A stretch of 17,487 bases of DNA, from positions 1 through 17,487 of the forward strand of contig CAYFJO010000212.1 of assembly GCA_964343305.1 (NCBI GenBank), in the 5' to 3' direction. The DNA is from an uncultured Pirellulaceae bacterium (GTDB lineage Bacteria; Planctomycetota; Planctomycetia; Pirellulales; Pirellulaceae). The translations under genes and the position numbers were made by a program. A model generated the notes under the pieces. That model was given only the letters and a program-made list of their open reading frames with translations, ran no database searches and had not been told where the DNA came from. Below are positions 8,572 through 17,027 of the stretch, one piece after another (the stretch's first letter is position 1; each line of letters begins with the position of its first letter).

Positions 8572-9819
8572 ATGACACTCCCTATCAAGACACTCCCAAT
8601 CGTCGAATGCTGGACTTGCACCGGCTGTGGCAAGTGTTGTCGTGGCAATATTGTGCCGCTGGATGACGATGATTTGGCCAAGCTGCACACACAACAGTGG
8701 GACAAGCATCCCGATTTTCGCGGCGTGCGAACGGTGGAGAGTTCCGGCTGGCTGGTCAAGTCGCATCGATTGGCTCAGCGCAACGACGGCACCTGTGTGT
8801 TTTTGGAAAGAGATGGGCTGTGTCGAATTCACAAAGAGCACGGTCTTGATAGCAAACCACTGGTCTGTCGCATGTACCCGCTACAACTCGTCCCTGTCGA
8901 CGACACGGCTTACTTGACGCTCCGCCGCAGTTGCCCGACCGCTGCCAACGAACAAGGCAGCGAGATGAGCGAGCACCGCAAGGACGCCAAGTCTTTCGTC
9001 CGCGAGCGACCGCGATTGGCCGAGAAAATCGTCCCACCTCAAATCACCAAATGGCGAGAAAACTCGTGGAAAGAGACGTTGCAAGTTACCGGGGCGATCG
9101 AACGTTTGATGACGGACGAGCGATTTCCGTTGATCCGCCGGCTGGTTCACAGCATGAAATTCTGCGATTTGTTGGAGACCTGCAGGCTGCGAAAGCTCGA
9201 CGTTGTATCGTTGGACGAACTGGTCAGCATGTTGAGCGAAACGGCGATCGAAGAATCGTCTGAGTTTTTTCAAGACCGCGAGCCGCCGTCGAAAGGTGCC
9301 GGCGTACTGCTTCGTCAAACCGTGCTGGCGTATTTGAGATTACATCCGCGGTACACCGTCCGAGAATCGTGGCGCGAACGACTGCGGCTTTTCTGGGCGT
9401 CGTTGCGATTCACGCGCGGCAAAGGAGCCGTCCCAAAGATTCACAAAGACTTTCCTGACGCAGACTTCGAATCCATCGAAGAGCCACTTGGACATCTTGA
9501 CGAAGACGTCCAGCGTCCATTTGTTTCCTATTTCGAAGCAACTGCTGTGTCGAAGCAATACGCCGTCGTCAGCCGCACCGCGTGGTCAGTCGTCGAGAAA
9601 TTCCGCGCGTTGGCCCTGGCCTACCCGGTCGCGCTGTGGATGCTGGCGTACTTCCGCTCGACCGACGGGGTCACACACGAACAAGCGATCGACATGGTTA
9701 CCACGATCGATCGCGGCCAAGGTCACGACGCGTTGGTCGGCACAATGCACCGTCGACGGATTTCGACATTGGCCCGCCTCGGCGAACTAGAACGCCTCGC
9801 CGTATGGTATGCTCGTTAA
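8572..9819 (+). CDS. YkgJ/UPF0153-family putative Fe-S/zinc-chelating protein (CxxCxxCC) with a long C-terminal extension (415 aa).
   Basis: N-terminal 'ECWTCTGCGKCCRGN' matches the CxxCxxCC motif. Further conserved Cys follow ('DGTCVFLERDGLCRIH', 'PLVCRMYP'). The remaining ~300 aa are helical with no recognisable domain. Confidence 0.6.
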   Translation: MTLPIKTLPIVECWTCTGCGKCCRGNIVPLDDDDLAKLHTQQWDKHPDFRGVRTVESSGWLVKSHRLAQRNDGTCVFLERDGLCRIHKEHGLDSKPLVCRMYPLQLVPVDDTAYLTLRRSCPTAANEQGSEMSEHRKDAKSFVRERPRLAEKIVPPQITKWRENSWKETLQVTGAIERLMTDERFPLIRRLVHSMKFCDLLETCRLRKLDVVSLDELVSMLSETAIEESSEFFQDREPPSKGAGVLLRQTVLAYLRLHPRYTVRESWRERLRLFWASLRFTRGKGAVPKIHKDFPDADFESIEEPLGHLDEDVQRPFVSYFEATAVSKQYAVVSRTAWSVVEKFRALALAYPVALWMLAYFRSTDGVTHEQAIDMVTTIDRGQGHDALVGTMHRRRISTLARLGELERLAVWYAR

Positions 9820-9846
9820 TCTGTCCTATAAAAAAGGAGTCACAAT

Positions 9847-10932
9847 ATGAAGCGCCGCGACTTCATCAAAACAACATCTGCCGCCGCCATCGCTGCACCC
9901 ACATTGTCGCTGTTGTCCAATGACATCCGTGCCGCACGCAAAGAAAAAATCAAAGTCGGCCAGATCGGCACCATGCACGCCCATGCCAGCGGCAAACTCG
10001 CCACAATTCGCAAGTTCTCCGACCAATACGAATTGATCGGGGTCGTTGAACCGAACGCCGAACGCCGTGCCCAACTGAAAACCAATTCAACGTATCGCGA
10101 CGTCCATTGGCTGACAGAAAAGGAACTGCTTGGCACGAAAGGACTACAAGCCGTCGCCGTCGAAACCGAAGTCCGCGACTTGCTCGGTGCCGCGGCACGG
10201 TGCATCGACGCTGGAGTACACATACACCTCGACAAACCAGCCGGGACATCACTCCCCGAATTCAAACGAATTCTCGACTCGGCGACTAAGCAAAACCTCG
10301 TCGTCCAAATGGGCTACATGTACCGCTACAACCCCGCGTTTCGATTCCTCTTCGACGCCATTCGATCCGGGTGGCTCGGCAACATCTTCGAAGTTCACGC
10401 CGTGATGAGCAAAACGGTGGGCGACGCCTCGCGTAAGAAACTTGCGGAATTCAGCGGCGGCTCGATGTTTGAACTCGGCTGTCACTTGATCGACGCAGTC
10501 GTCTCGGTTCTTGGCAAACCCGACAAAGTCACGCCGTACATCCGCCGCACTCGCTCGGAGAAAGACACACTGGCCGACAATTGTCTGGCCGTCTTCGATT
10601 ATCCGAAAGCGACCGCGACTGTTCGCAGCGCGTTGATGGAAGTCGACGGTTTTCGCCGCCGCCAATTCGTCGTCTGTGGCGACAAGGGAACGATCACCAT
10701 TCGTCCGCTTGAACCGCCCGTTTTGGAATTAACGTTGGATCAACCCCAAGGCGACTTCAAGAAGGGAACGCAAAAGGTCGAACTGCCCAGATTGGAGGGC
10801 CGTTATGACGGCGATTTCCAGGATCTTGCCAAGATCATCCACGGCGACAAGAAGTCGGATTTTCCACCGTCACACGACCTCGCGGTACAAGAAGCGATCT
10901 TGCGCGCAAGCGGAATGCCAATTGATTCTTGA
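9847..10932 (+). CDS. Gfo/Idh/MocA-family NAD(P)-dependent oxidoreductase with a Tat signal peptide.
   Basis: Twin-arginine signal 'MKRRDFIKTTSAAAIAAPTLSLL'. Rossmann start 'KIKVGQIGTMHAHASGK'. Gfo/Idh/MocA-like central and C-terminal regions. Strong ribosome-binding site AAAAAGGAG 8 nt upstream. Confidence 0.85.
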   Translation: MKRRDFIKTTSAAAIAAPTLSLLSNDIRAARKEKIKVGQIGTMHAHASGKLATIRKFSDQYELIGVVEPNAERRAQLKTNSTYRDVHWLTEKELLGTKGLQAVAVETEVRDLLGAAARCIDAGVHIHLDKPAGTSLPEFKRILDSATKQNLVVQMGYMYRYNPAFRFLFDAIRSGWLGNIFEVHAVMSKTVGDASRKKLAEFSGGSMFELGCHLIDAVVSVLGKPDKVTPYIRRTRSEKDTLADNCLAVFDYPKATATVRSALMEVDGFRRRQFVVCGDKGTITIRPLEPPVLELTLDQPQGDFKKGTQKVELPRLEGRYDGDFQDLAKIIHGDKKSDFPPSHDLAVQEAILRASGMPIDS

Positions 10933-10999
10933 GAACTGCGCGACGGGTGGTCTCTTTCGTACTACTAGTTTGCGATTTCTTGTTGTCTTGCGCGCATTT

Positions 11000-11030
11000 C
11001 TGTAGGACGAAATGAAATTCCGTCCTACAG
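11000..11030 (+). terminator. Perfect 10-bp-stem hairpin downstream of the oxidoreductase gene (terminator or REP-like).
   Basis: CTGTAGGACG-(11-nt loop AAATGAAATTC)-CGTCCTACAG, followed only by TT. It shares the GTAGGACG/CGTCCTAC core with the in-gene palindrome at 2421-2488. Confidence 0.4.
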
Positions 11031-11139
11031 TTGGTTGCGGCTCTGCCGTTGAACGAGTTTTTGAAAGTCAGGACTCTTGATTGTCTTGGAAGTCGCGCAT
11101 TGATAGGATGACAGCATCCTTTCAACATCGAGGCGACCC

Positions 11140-11925
11140 ATGCCCATCGTCTTTCGTTGCTCACAATGCGATACGCTAGTCCGCAGCACCGAGAGCGCGG
11201 ATTCCAAAGAAGGCACGTGTACACAATGCGGCGCGGTCACCGAGATTACCGAGCCGATCGCTGAATGGTCGGACGCCGAAGATGCCAAGACCCAGCAAGA
11301 GATCCATCGCGAAGAAGGCACCGAGCCTGAAGTGATCGGACCGGACCATTCGATCGGCCGCGATTTATGGATTCCGCTGGCCATGATCGTCGCAGCCGTG
11401 GCCGCTCGCATCGCGGCGTCTTGGATGATCGTTTCTCGCGAAGTCGACGCTGAAAGATTTGAAACGACTGCGTTCGTGTTGATCTTAAGCTTTGTCACCG
11501 GGCTGTCGATTTTCGAAGCGGCGCTAAAAATGGCGTTTACCGCCGTATTGGGCTTAGTCGCGATGGTGATTCAAAGCAAAACGATTGGCACGCCCTTCGG
11601 AACTTTCGGTTCGGCAATGCTCAAGGTCATCGCGTTGATGATGTTTACGCCGGTTCTCGTCTGCGTCGGCGTTCTCGCGCTCGTTTTGTGGTTCGACGAA
11701 CCCGGCGCAGGGATCGGCAGCCTCATCTTGCTGCCCGTGTTCATCGGCACCTTCTTTGTCCTCACCAAGTGGTTTTTCGACATGGAGATTTTCGAAGCGC
11801 TCGTGTTCATGACAATCGTCTTGCTGGGCCCGATTATCATGAGCCATGCTGCGGAATGGTCCATCGAAAACGGAGGACCAATCGCCGACGCAGTGCAAGC
11901 GTGGTTCGGACAAGTAGAAGAGTAA
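11140..11925 (+). CDS. Membrane protein with an N-terminal zinc-ribbon (hypothetical).
   Basis: N-terminal 'CSQCDTLV...(17 aa)...CTQCGAV' is a CxxC-N17-CxxC zinc ribbon. It is followed by several hydrophobic TM segments. GAGG ribosome-binding site upstream. Confidence 0.55.
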   Translation: MPIVFRCSQCDTLVRSTESADSKEGTCTQCGAVTEITEPIAEWSDAEDAKTQQEIHREEGTEPEVIGPDHSIGRDLWIPLAMIVAAVAARIAASWMIVSREVDAERFETTAFVLILSFVTGLSIFEAALKMAFTAVLGLVAMVIQSKTIGTPFGTFGSAMLKVIALMMFTPVLVCVGVLALVLWFDEPGAGIGSLILLPVFIGTFFVLTKWFFDMEIFEALVFMTIVLLGPIIMSHAAEWSIENGGPIADAVQAWFGQVEE

Positions 11926-11943
11926 TGACTCCATCATTAGCGC

Positions 11944-13311
11944 CTACTCGGACTGCTTTTGCTTCTTCAAGTAATATCGAAATTGATGATAGGACAAACC
12001 CAACTGCCGTGCCGCTTCGGCTTGATTGTTTTTGGCCGCTTTTAGCGCATCTTCAAGAATTCGCCGGGTGAACGCGTTGACGCGATCATGAAAGGAGCCG
12101 CTCGCATGCGCCGCATCGTTATCGACGATCAGTCCCAAATCACTCGGCGTGATTTCGTCGGTCGTGTCACGATAGGCAGCTCGCTCTATGATATTTTTCA
12201 ATTCTCTCACGTTTCCCGGATATGAGTGGCGACGCAGTTCGGCGATCGCCCGGCGAGACAGGCGCTTACCTCTGAACGCGGGTGTTTCGCGGGCGAATTC
12301 GTCCAGGATGTGTTGAGCCAACATTGGGATGTCATCCTTGCGATCTCGCAACGCGGGAACCTGCAAAACTTCGAACGCCAGCCGGTCGTATAAATCCGGA
12401 AGAAACTCGCCGTCCCGGATCTTTTCTTTGAGGTCGCTGTTCGTTGCAGTGATGATGCGAGCGCTGGACTTGAGTTCGGCGAGGCCGCCGACACGCGTGT
12501 AAACCCCGTACTCGGCAACGCGCAGTATCTTTTGCTGAAACGCCAAAGACATGTGACCAATTTCGTCGAGAAACAATGTACCTCCGTCAGCCTGTTCGAA
12601 CTTGCCTTGTCGAGTAGTTTCCGCGCCCGTGAACGAGCCCTTTTCGTGGCCAAACAATTCGCTTTCAAGCAACGAGTCGCTGAATGCCGCGCAGTTAACG
12701 GTGACCAACGGTCGTGAGTTCTTGCCAGAGGCATTATGAATGGCACGGGCCACCAACTCTTTGCCCGTCCCGCGTTCGCCGATGATTAGCACTGGTCGAG
12801 GAATCTCGGACACACGACGAATCTGTTCTGCAAGCTTTCGCATCACAGGCGAATCGCCAATGATTTGGAATCGCGCGAGAAGCGATTCGCGCAACTGGTC
12901 GTTATGCTGGCGCAATGCTCGATTGCGATCCAACACGGCGAACAGACCGCGAAGTTTTCCAAGCAACGTTGCGACGCGTTCGCGTAGATGATCGCCCAGC
13001 ACGAGGAAGTCCGTGGCCCCGGTGTCAATCGCGCTCGCTGCGGCACTCACATTGCCCTGCTCGGCGACGGCAATCACGGGCACATCCGCGACGACACTTC
13101 GAAGCTGGGCGATAACATCCCTTTCGCTTGCCACTGAATGCGGTACGACCGCAAGTAAGTCGTTGGTGATCCGCTCGGCTAGTTCGACTAGCTCGTCAGT
13201 CGTCGAAACCAACAGAACTTCCCACCCCATGCCGGATTCGGCTTTGAACGCGCGGCGCAGTTCGCCGAATTGAAAACCCTCAGGTTCGTAGACCGCAATC
13301 GTACGTGGCAT
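11944..13311 (-). CDS. Sigma-54-dependent Fis-family transcriptional activator (bEBP) with a degenerate receiver-like N-domain.
   Basis: AAA+ sigma-54 interaction domain with Walker A 'VLIIGERGTGKELVARAIH', the GAFTGA-type motif 'ESELFGHEKGSFTGA', Walker B 'GTLFLDEIGHM' and sensor II 'GNVRELKN'. C-terminal Fis HTH 'QAEAARQLGLSYHQFRYYLKK'. The N-terminal ~120 aa are receiver-like but carry 'DLLAVVPHS' where the phosphoacceptor Asp is expected. Confidence 0.9.
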   Translation of the reverse strand: MPRTIAVYEPEGFQFGELRRAFKAESGMGWEVLLVSTTDELVELAERITNDLLAVVPHSVASERDVIAQLRSVVADVPVIAVAEQGNVSAAASAIDTGATDFLVLGDHLRERVATLLGKLRGLFAVLDRNRALRQHNDQLRESLLARFQIIGDSPVMRKLAEQIRRVSEIPRPVLIIGERGTGKELVARAIHNASGKNSRPLVTVNCAAFSDSLLESELFGHEKGSFTGAETTRQGKFEQADGGTLFLDEIGHMSLAFQQKILRVAEYGVYTRVGGLAELKSSARIITATNSDLKEKIRDGEFLPDLYDRLAFEVLQVPALRDRKDDIPMLAQHILDEFARETPAFRGKRLSRRAIAELRRHSYPGNVRELKNIIERAAYRDTTDEITPSDLGLIVDNDAAHASGSFHDRVNAFTRRILEDALKAAKNNQAEAARQLGLSYHQFRYYLKKQKQSE

Positions 13312-13393
13312 GTTTTAGACTCTGGATAACGTGAATGTGATAAATAATACCATATATAACAAATATCACCACATCTGGCGATTTGCGGGCAAC

Positions 13394-13412
13394 TTTACAA
13401 ACCTCTTGTAAA
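13394..13412. promoter_or_regulatory. Perfect inverted-repeat operator candidate, TTTACAA-N5-TTGTAAA.
   Basis: 7-bp perfect inverted repeat with a 5-bp spacer in the divergent intergenic region. It lies ~30 bp upstream of the sigma-54 -24 element and ~85 bp upstream of the activator gene start. Confidence 0.4.
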
Positions 13413-13439
13413 TAAGGACTTGTGGCAACTGGAACATCG

Positions 13440-13455
13440 TGGCACGCCAACTGCC
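13440..13455 (+). promoter_or_regulatory. Putative sigma-54 (-24/-12) promoter for the flotillin-like gene.
   Basis: TGGCACGccaaCTGCc compared with the consensus TGGCACG-N4-TTGCW: the -24 element matches 7/7 and the -12 element has the GC at correct spacing. It sits ~57 bp upstream of the ATG at 13512, next to a divergent sigma-54 activator gene. An AT-rich stretch at 13320-13380 lies upstream. Confidence 0.45.
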
Positions 13456-13511
13456 TTGTGGGGCACAGATTCTGAAGCCTGTATTTACTAGTCATTGTGA
13501 AAAGGAAAATC

Positions 13512-15665
13512 ATGTCTACCATTGCTACGTTTGCGACTTTGAGTGGTATCGCGATTTCGATTTCGTTAATCGTGCTGCTTGTGGTCTTCGTTCTAGTGCT
13601 GCCGTTTCTACTCGGCATTCGCTACATTCCCAACAACCGCATTGGTGTTGTCGAAAAACTCTGGTCCAAGAGTGGATCGCTTGGCGAGGGAAAAATTGTC
13701 GCGCTCAATGGAGAGGCTGGATTTCAAACGGAATTGTTGCGTGGTGGACTTCACTTTCGCTACTGGCCTTGGCAATATCGAATTCACACCGTCCCGTTGA
13801 CAATCGTTCCGCAAGGAAAGATCGGATACGTCTTCGCTCGTGACGGGCTTTCGCTTGATCCGCAACAGACGTTGGCGCGCGTCGTATCGTGTAACAACCA
13901 CCAGGATGCGCGGGCATTTTTGACTGGCAGCGACAAAGGGCAACAGAACGTCGGCCAACGTGGACGGCAACGGGCGATTTTGCGCGAAGGTGTGTACACG
14001 ATCAACCTTGCACTTTTTGTTGTCATTACCGAAGACCATGTGTACAGCTTGGACATCGACCACAGCCAAGAAAAGCATCTGTTCGAAAAATGGCGAGCGG
14101 AATTGGGGATCAATGGCGGTTTTGATCCAGTGGTTGTCGGAAGGAAGAAAATTCGTGAAACAACAGCCGATGGTACGGACGACGAGCAAGTTAGTATCGA
14201 GGCCAAGCCAGGTGACAATATTGGAATCGTAACGGTTCAAGATGGACCAGCTTTGTCGCCAGGTCAAATCATCGCCCCACCCGTGGCCACGGACCTGGGT
14301 GATCCAAACTATCATGGCAACTTCCAGGACATCGAAGCGTTTTTGCGGGCCGGTGGTCGCCGCGGCCGGCAGTATTTGGCGCTGACAGACGGCACGTACT
14401 TTATCAATCGCTGGTTTGCGAGTGTCGAATTGATTCCAAAGACGGTTGTGCCGATTGGTTTCGTCGGCGTTGTCGTCAGCTATTATGGCAAAGAAAGTAC
14501 TGATGTTTCGGGCATCGCGTTTCGCCACGGCGAGCGCGTGTCGGAAGGCGAACTTGGCGTTCGCGCGAAGACTTTGAGTCCCGGCAAGTACGCGTTTAAC
14601 AAGTATGCGGGGCGTGTACATCTGGTCCCGACGACGAACTTTGTTCTGCACTGGATCAGCGGACGGAGCGAATCGCATCGATTTGATGAAAGCTTGAAGT
14701 CGATCGACTTGGTGACGGCCGACGCCTACGAGCCGCTGCTGCCGCTGTCGGTGGTCGTGCATCTGGACTACCAAAAGGCGGCCAGCGTGGTGCAGCGGTT
14801 TGGTGACGTCAAAAAACTGATTACGCAAACACTCGATCCACTGTTGAGTGCGTATTTTCGCGATATCGCCCACAAGAAAACGATGCTGCAGTTGTTGCAC
14901 GATCGTGACCAGATCCAGAAAGAATCGCGTAACGAATTGCAGGCAAAGTTCGCCGAATTCGACATCGAATTGGTCGACGTCTTGATCGGCAAACCTGAAA
15001 CGAAGGAAGCCAGCGGCGATATCGAGACATTGCTGGAGCAACTTCGCTTGCGGCAATTGTCGCGCGAGCAGATTCAAACTTACGAGCAGCAAACGGCGGC
15101 GGCCGAAGAACTGAAGAGTTTGAAAATGGCTCAAGCCCGTGCGGAGAAACAAACCGAGTTGACGGACTCAGAAACGGAAGTTGAAATCGCCCAGAATCGT
15201 GGACAAGCCGAATTGGTGCAGTCGCGAAAGCGCGCGGAGCAACAGATCGTCACAGCCGAGGCACAACACAAGTGTCATCTTTTAACATCGGAAGCGGAAG
15301 GTAAATCGAAAGCGTTGATCGGCGAAGGTGAAGCCAAGCGTGTGGAGATGGAAGGCGCGGCGAAATCAAAGGTGCTTCAGCAAAACATCGCGTCCTATGG
15401 CGATCCGACTTTGTATGCGATTTCACTAGTCGCCCAGCATTTGTCACAAAGTCGCCAACCATTGGTTCCTGGACAACTGTTTATGACCGGATCCGGCGGA
15501 AATGGCGCAACATCATCTGCCGACCAAGGAATCGTTGGCATGTTAATGAGCTTGCTTGTGGCAGATCGCATCGGAATGGATGTGACAAATCGAAACGATG
15601 ATGTTCCAGTTCCCTCAACAACCGACGTCGCGAGCGATGTTGAGATAGCTCAATTTGGCCAATGA
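13512..15665 (+). CDS. Flotillin-like SPFH/Band-7 family membrane protein (YqiK-like), ~717 aa.
   Basis: N-terminal TM helix 'IAISISLIVLLVVFVLVLPFLLGI'. SPFH-like core 'IVALNGEAGFQTELLRGGLHFRYWPWQYRIHTVPLTIVPQ...'. C-terminal coiled coil with flotillin-type EA-rich repeats 'EAEGKSKALIGEGEAKRVEMEGAAKSKVL'. The ATG at 13512 is preceded by AAAGGA. The ORF track's 13497 start is a GTG. Confidence 0.7.
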   Translation: MSTIATFATLSGIAISISLIVLLVVFVLVLPFLLGIRYIPNNRIGVVEKLWSKSGSLGEGKIVALNGEAGFQTELLRGGLHFRYWPWQYRIHTVPLTIVPQGKIGYVFARDGLSLDPQQTLARVVSCNNHQDARAFLTGSDKGQQNVGQRGRQRAILREGVYTINLALFVVITEDHVYSLDIDHSQEKHLFEKWRAELGINGGFDPVVVGRKKIRETTADGTDDEQVSIEAKPGDNIGIVTVQDGPALSPGQIIAPPVATDLGDPNYHGNFQDIEAFLRAGGRRGRQYLALTDGTYFINRWFASVELIPKTVVPIGFVGVVVSYYGKESTDVSGIAFRHGERVSEGELGVRAKTLSPGKYAFNKYAGRVHLVPTTNFVLHWISGRSESHRFDESLKSIDLVTADAYEPLLPLSVVVHLDYQKAASVVQRFGDVKKLITQTLDPLLSAYFRDIAHKKTMLQLLHDRDQIQKESRNELQAKFAEFDIELVDVLIGKPETKEASGDIETLLEQLRLRQLSREQIQTYEQQTAAAEELKSLKMAQARAEKQTELTDSETEVEIAQNRGQAELVQSRKRAEQQIVTAEAQHKCHLLTSEAEGKSKALIGEGEAKRVEMEGAAKSKVLQQNIASYGDPTLYAISLVAQHLSQSRQPLVPGQLFMTGSGGNGATSSADQGIVGMLMSLLVADRIGMDVTNRNDDVPVPSTTDVASDVEIAQFGQ

Positions 15666-15740
15666 ACCATGCTCATGTAGAATCGTTACGGTCAACGAAC
15701 AATCAACACCCTCATTGGAGAACTGGGTGTAGGTATTCAA

Positions 15741-16100
15741 ATGCCGAATTCGAATACAGTTATCATGCTCGCGATTGCCGTTCTGACGTCAACGCAGGCT
15801 GTCAATGCAGATTCACCCGAACCGGATAAAGAAGTTCTCAAAATCGTGCGCAAGGCACTGATCGGATCGACGTGGCTCAAAGAAAGCGACGAAAAGCTTT
15901 TCAAGTTCGATGGCATGGCGACGATCAGCAACTTTCTGGGCAAGCGCGGCACGTGGAAGGTGATCGGCCAGCGGGCGATCGTTGCCCAAATGGAAGGCTT
16001 CTATGCAATCACGTTTGACATCGCGTTTCAACATGGCGCGCTGTTCGGCAAGGACGGCTTGACGATGAAGATTCATCGCAAAAAAGAGGTCGAGCGTTGA
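15741..16100 (+). CDS. Small secreted hypothetical protein (119 aa).
   Basis: Signal peptide 'MPNSNTVIMLAIAVLTSTQAVNA|DSPEP'. No recognisable domain. Co-directional with the flotillin-like gene, 75 bp downstream of it. Confidence 0.5.
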   Translation: MPNSNTVIMLAIAVLTSTQAVNADSPEPDKEVLKIVRKALIGSTWLKESDEKLFKFDGMATISNFLGKRGTWKVIGQRAIVAQMEGFYAITFDIAFQHGALFGKDGLTMKIHRKKEVER

Positions 16101-16113
16101 GACGGATTGCCGC

Positions 16114-16944
16114 ATGATCCCCGGAATCGTTTCCAATTGTTGGCCAGCGCAACTCGATGCCGGCGCGGATCTATCAGCACTAATCGCGGAGGCCGCCCAG
16201 CGGGGATATCGCGCCATTGAATTGCGGCAAACATGCCTGGGAAAGTACGAAACGGACGACCATGCACCGATCCCTGAGCGACTTTCCGCGTTGCCACGGC
16301 AGTTCCCCAAAGTTCGCTTCAACATCGCGATCAACATTGCGTTCATGAGTGCCCGATCACTCTTGGATGAACCACTCCTGGCGGCGGCCCGCGCAGCCGC
16401 CGTTTCGGTCGCCGGCCAATTCTCGCCGCACCTTCGATTGGTCGATCTATATACGGTTGGCCAACGATTGAGCGACATCGCACCGGATGTGTCGGGAAAA
16501 AACGTCGCTCAGCTTGCGCGAACGTTGACTGAATTGAACGGCATGCTCTCGATCGAGCATTCGCGACAACCGTGGGCGGCTTTTCGAAAAGTGTTCGACA
16601 TCGCCCGTGATCAACTAGATCGGGATCGTGACGCGCTGCGGATTTGTTTCGATCCGGTCAATCTACTTTCGCCTGGCGATGAAACCGATCCAGTTGAAAT
16701 CACCAGTTCGCTTTCGAACGACGAAGTGTCCATGGTTCATTTCAAGCAACGCAGAGACGGTCGTTCGTGCAAAACGATCGGCGATGGCGAGATTGACTGG
16801 CAACGTGTGATTGAAGCGTTGCACAAAAACGAAGTGAATTGTCCAGGTTTGTTGGAAATCGATCCGCATGCGGAGATCTGGAGTTCCCTGTCGAAAAGCC
16901 GGCAGTATCTCGAACAACGAGGCGCGGTGTTTGAGGAGTCCTAG
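16114..16944 (+). CDS. Sugar phosphate isomerase/epimerase (xylose isomerase-like TIM barrel) family protein.
   Basis: 'GIVSNCWPAQL...AQRGYRAIELRQ' N-terminal pattern and 'GLLEIDPHAE' near the C-terminus are typical of this family. The ATG lies 13 bp after the preceding stop, so it is probably co-transcribed. Confidence 0.6.
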   Translation: MIPGIVSNCWPAQLDAGADLSALIAEAAQRGYRAIELRQTCLGKYETDDHAPIPERLSALPRQFPKVRFNIAINIAFMSARSLLDEPLLAAARAAAVSVAGQFSPHLRLVDLYTVGQRLSDIAPDVSGKNVAQLARTLTELNGMLSIEHSRQPWAAFRKVFDIARDQLDRDRDALRICFDPVNLLSPGDETDPVEITSSLSNDEVSMVHFKQRRDGRSCKTIGDGEIDWQRVIEALHKNEVNCPGLLEIDPHAEIWSSLSKSRQYLEQRGAVFEES

Positions 16945-17027
16945 TGTAGAACAATACCTCCATCGTTCCGCAAATGTAGAACAATTGTCTCGATTGTTCC
17001 GCGAGCAATTGGGACAATCGCTCTACA
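16945..17027. promoter_or_regulatory. Cluster of TGTAGAACAAT repeats (operator-like or REP-like) between the isomerase stop and the next ORF.
   Basis: TGTAGAACAAT at 16945-16955 and 16975-16985 (direct, 30-bp period). GAACAAT-N7-ATTGTTC perfect inverted repeat at 16979-16999. Inverted degenerate copy AATCGCTCTACA at 17016-17027. Confidence 0.45.

Noticed and set aside
11032-11047. Weak sigma-54-like spacing TGGTTGCGGCTCTGC upstream of the zinc-ribbon membrane gene.
   Set aside because: Only the GG and GC dinucleotides fit. The -24 box (TGGTTG versus TGGCAC) is poor. A sigma-70-like TTGTCT-N17-TAGGAT at 11081-11109 is an equally plausible promoter.
13608-15152. 514-aa minus-strand ORF antisense to the flotillin-like gene.
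   Set aside because: The flotillin-like frame has clear SPFH and coiled-coil features. The antisense frame is Leu/Arg/Gln-rich with no motifs.
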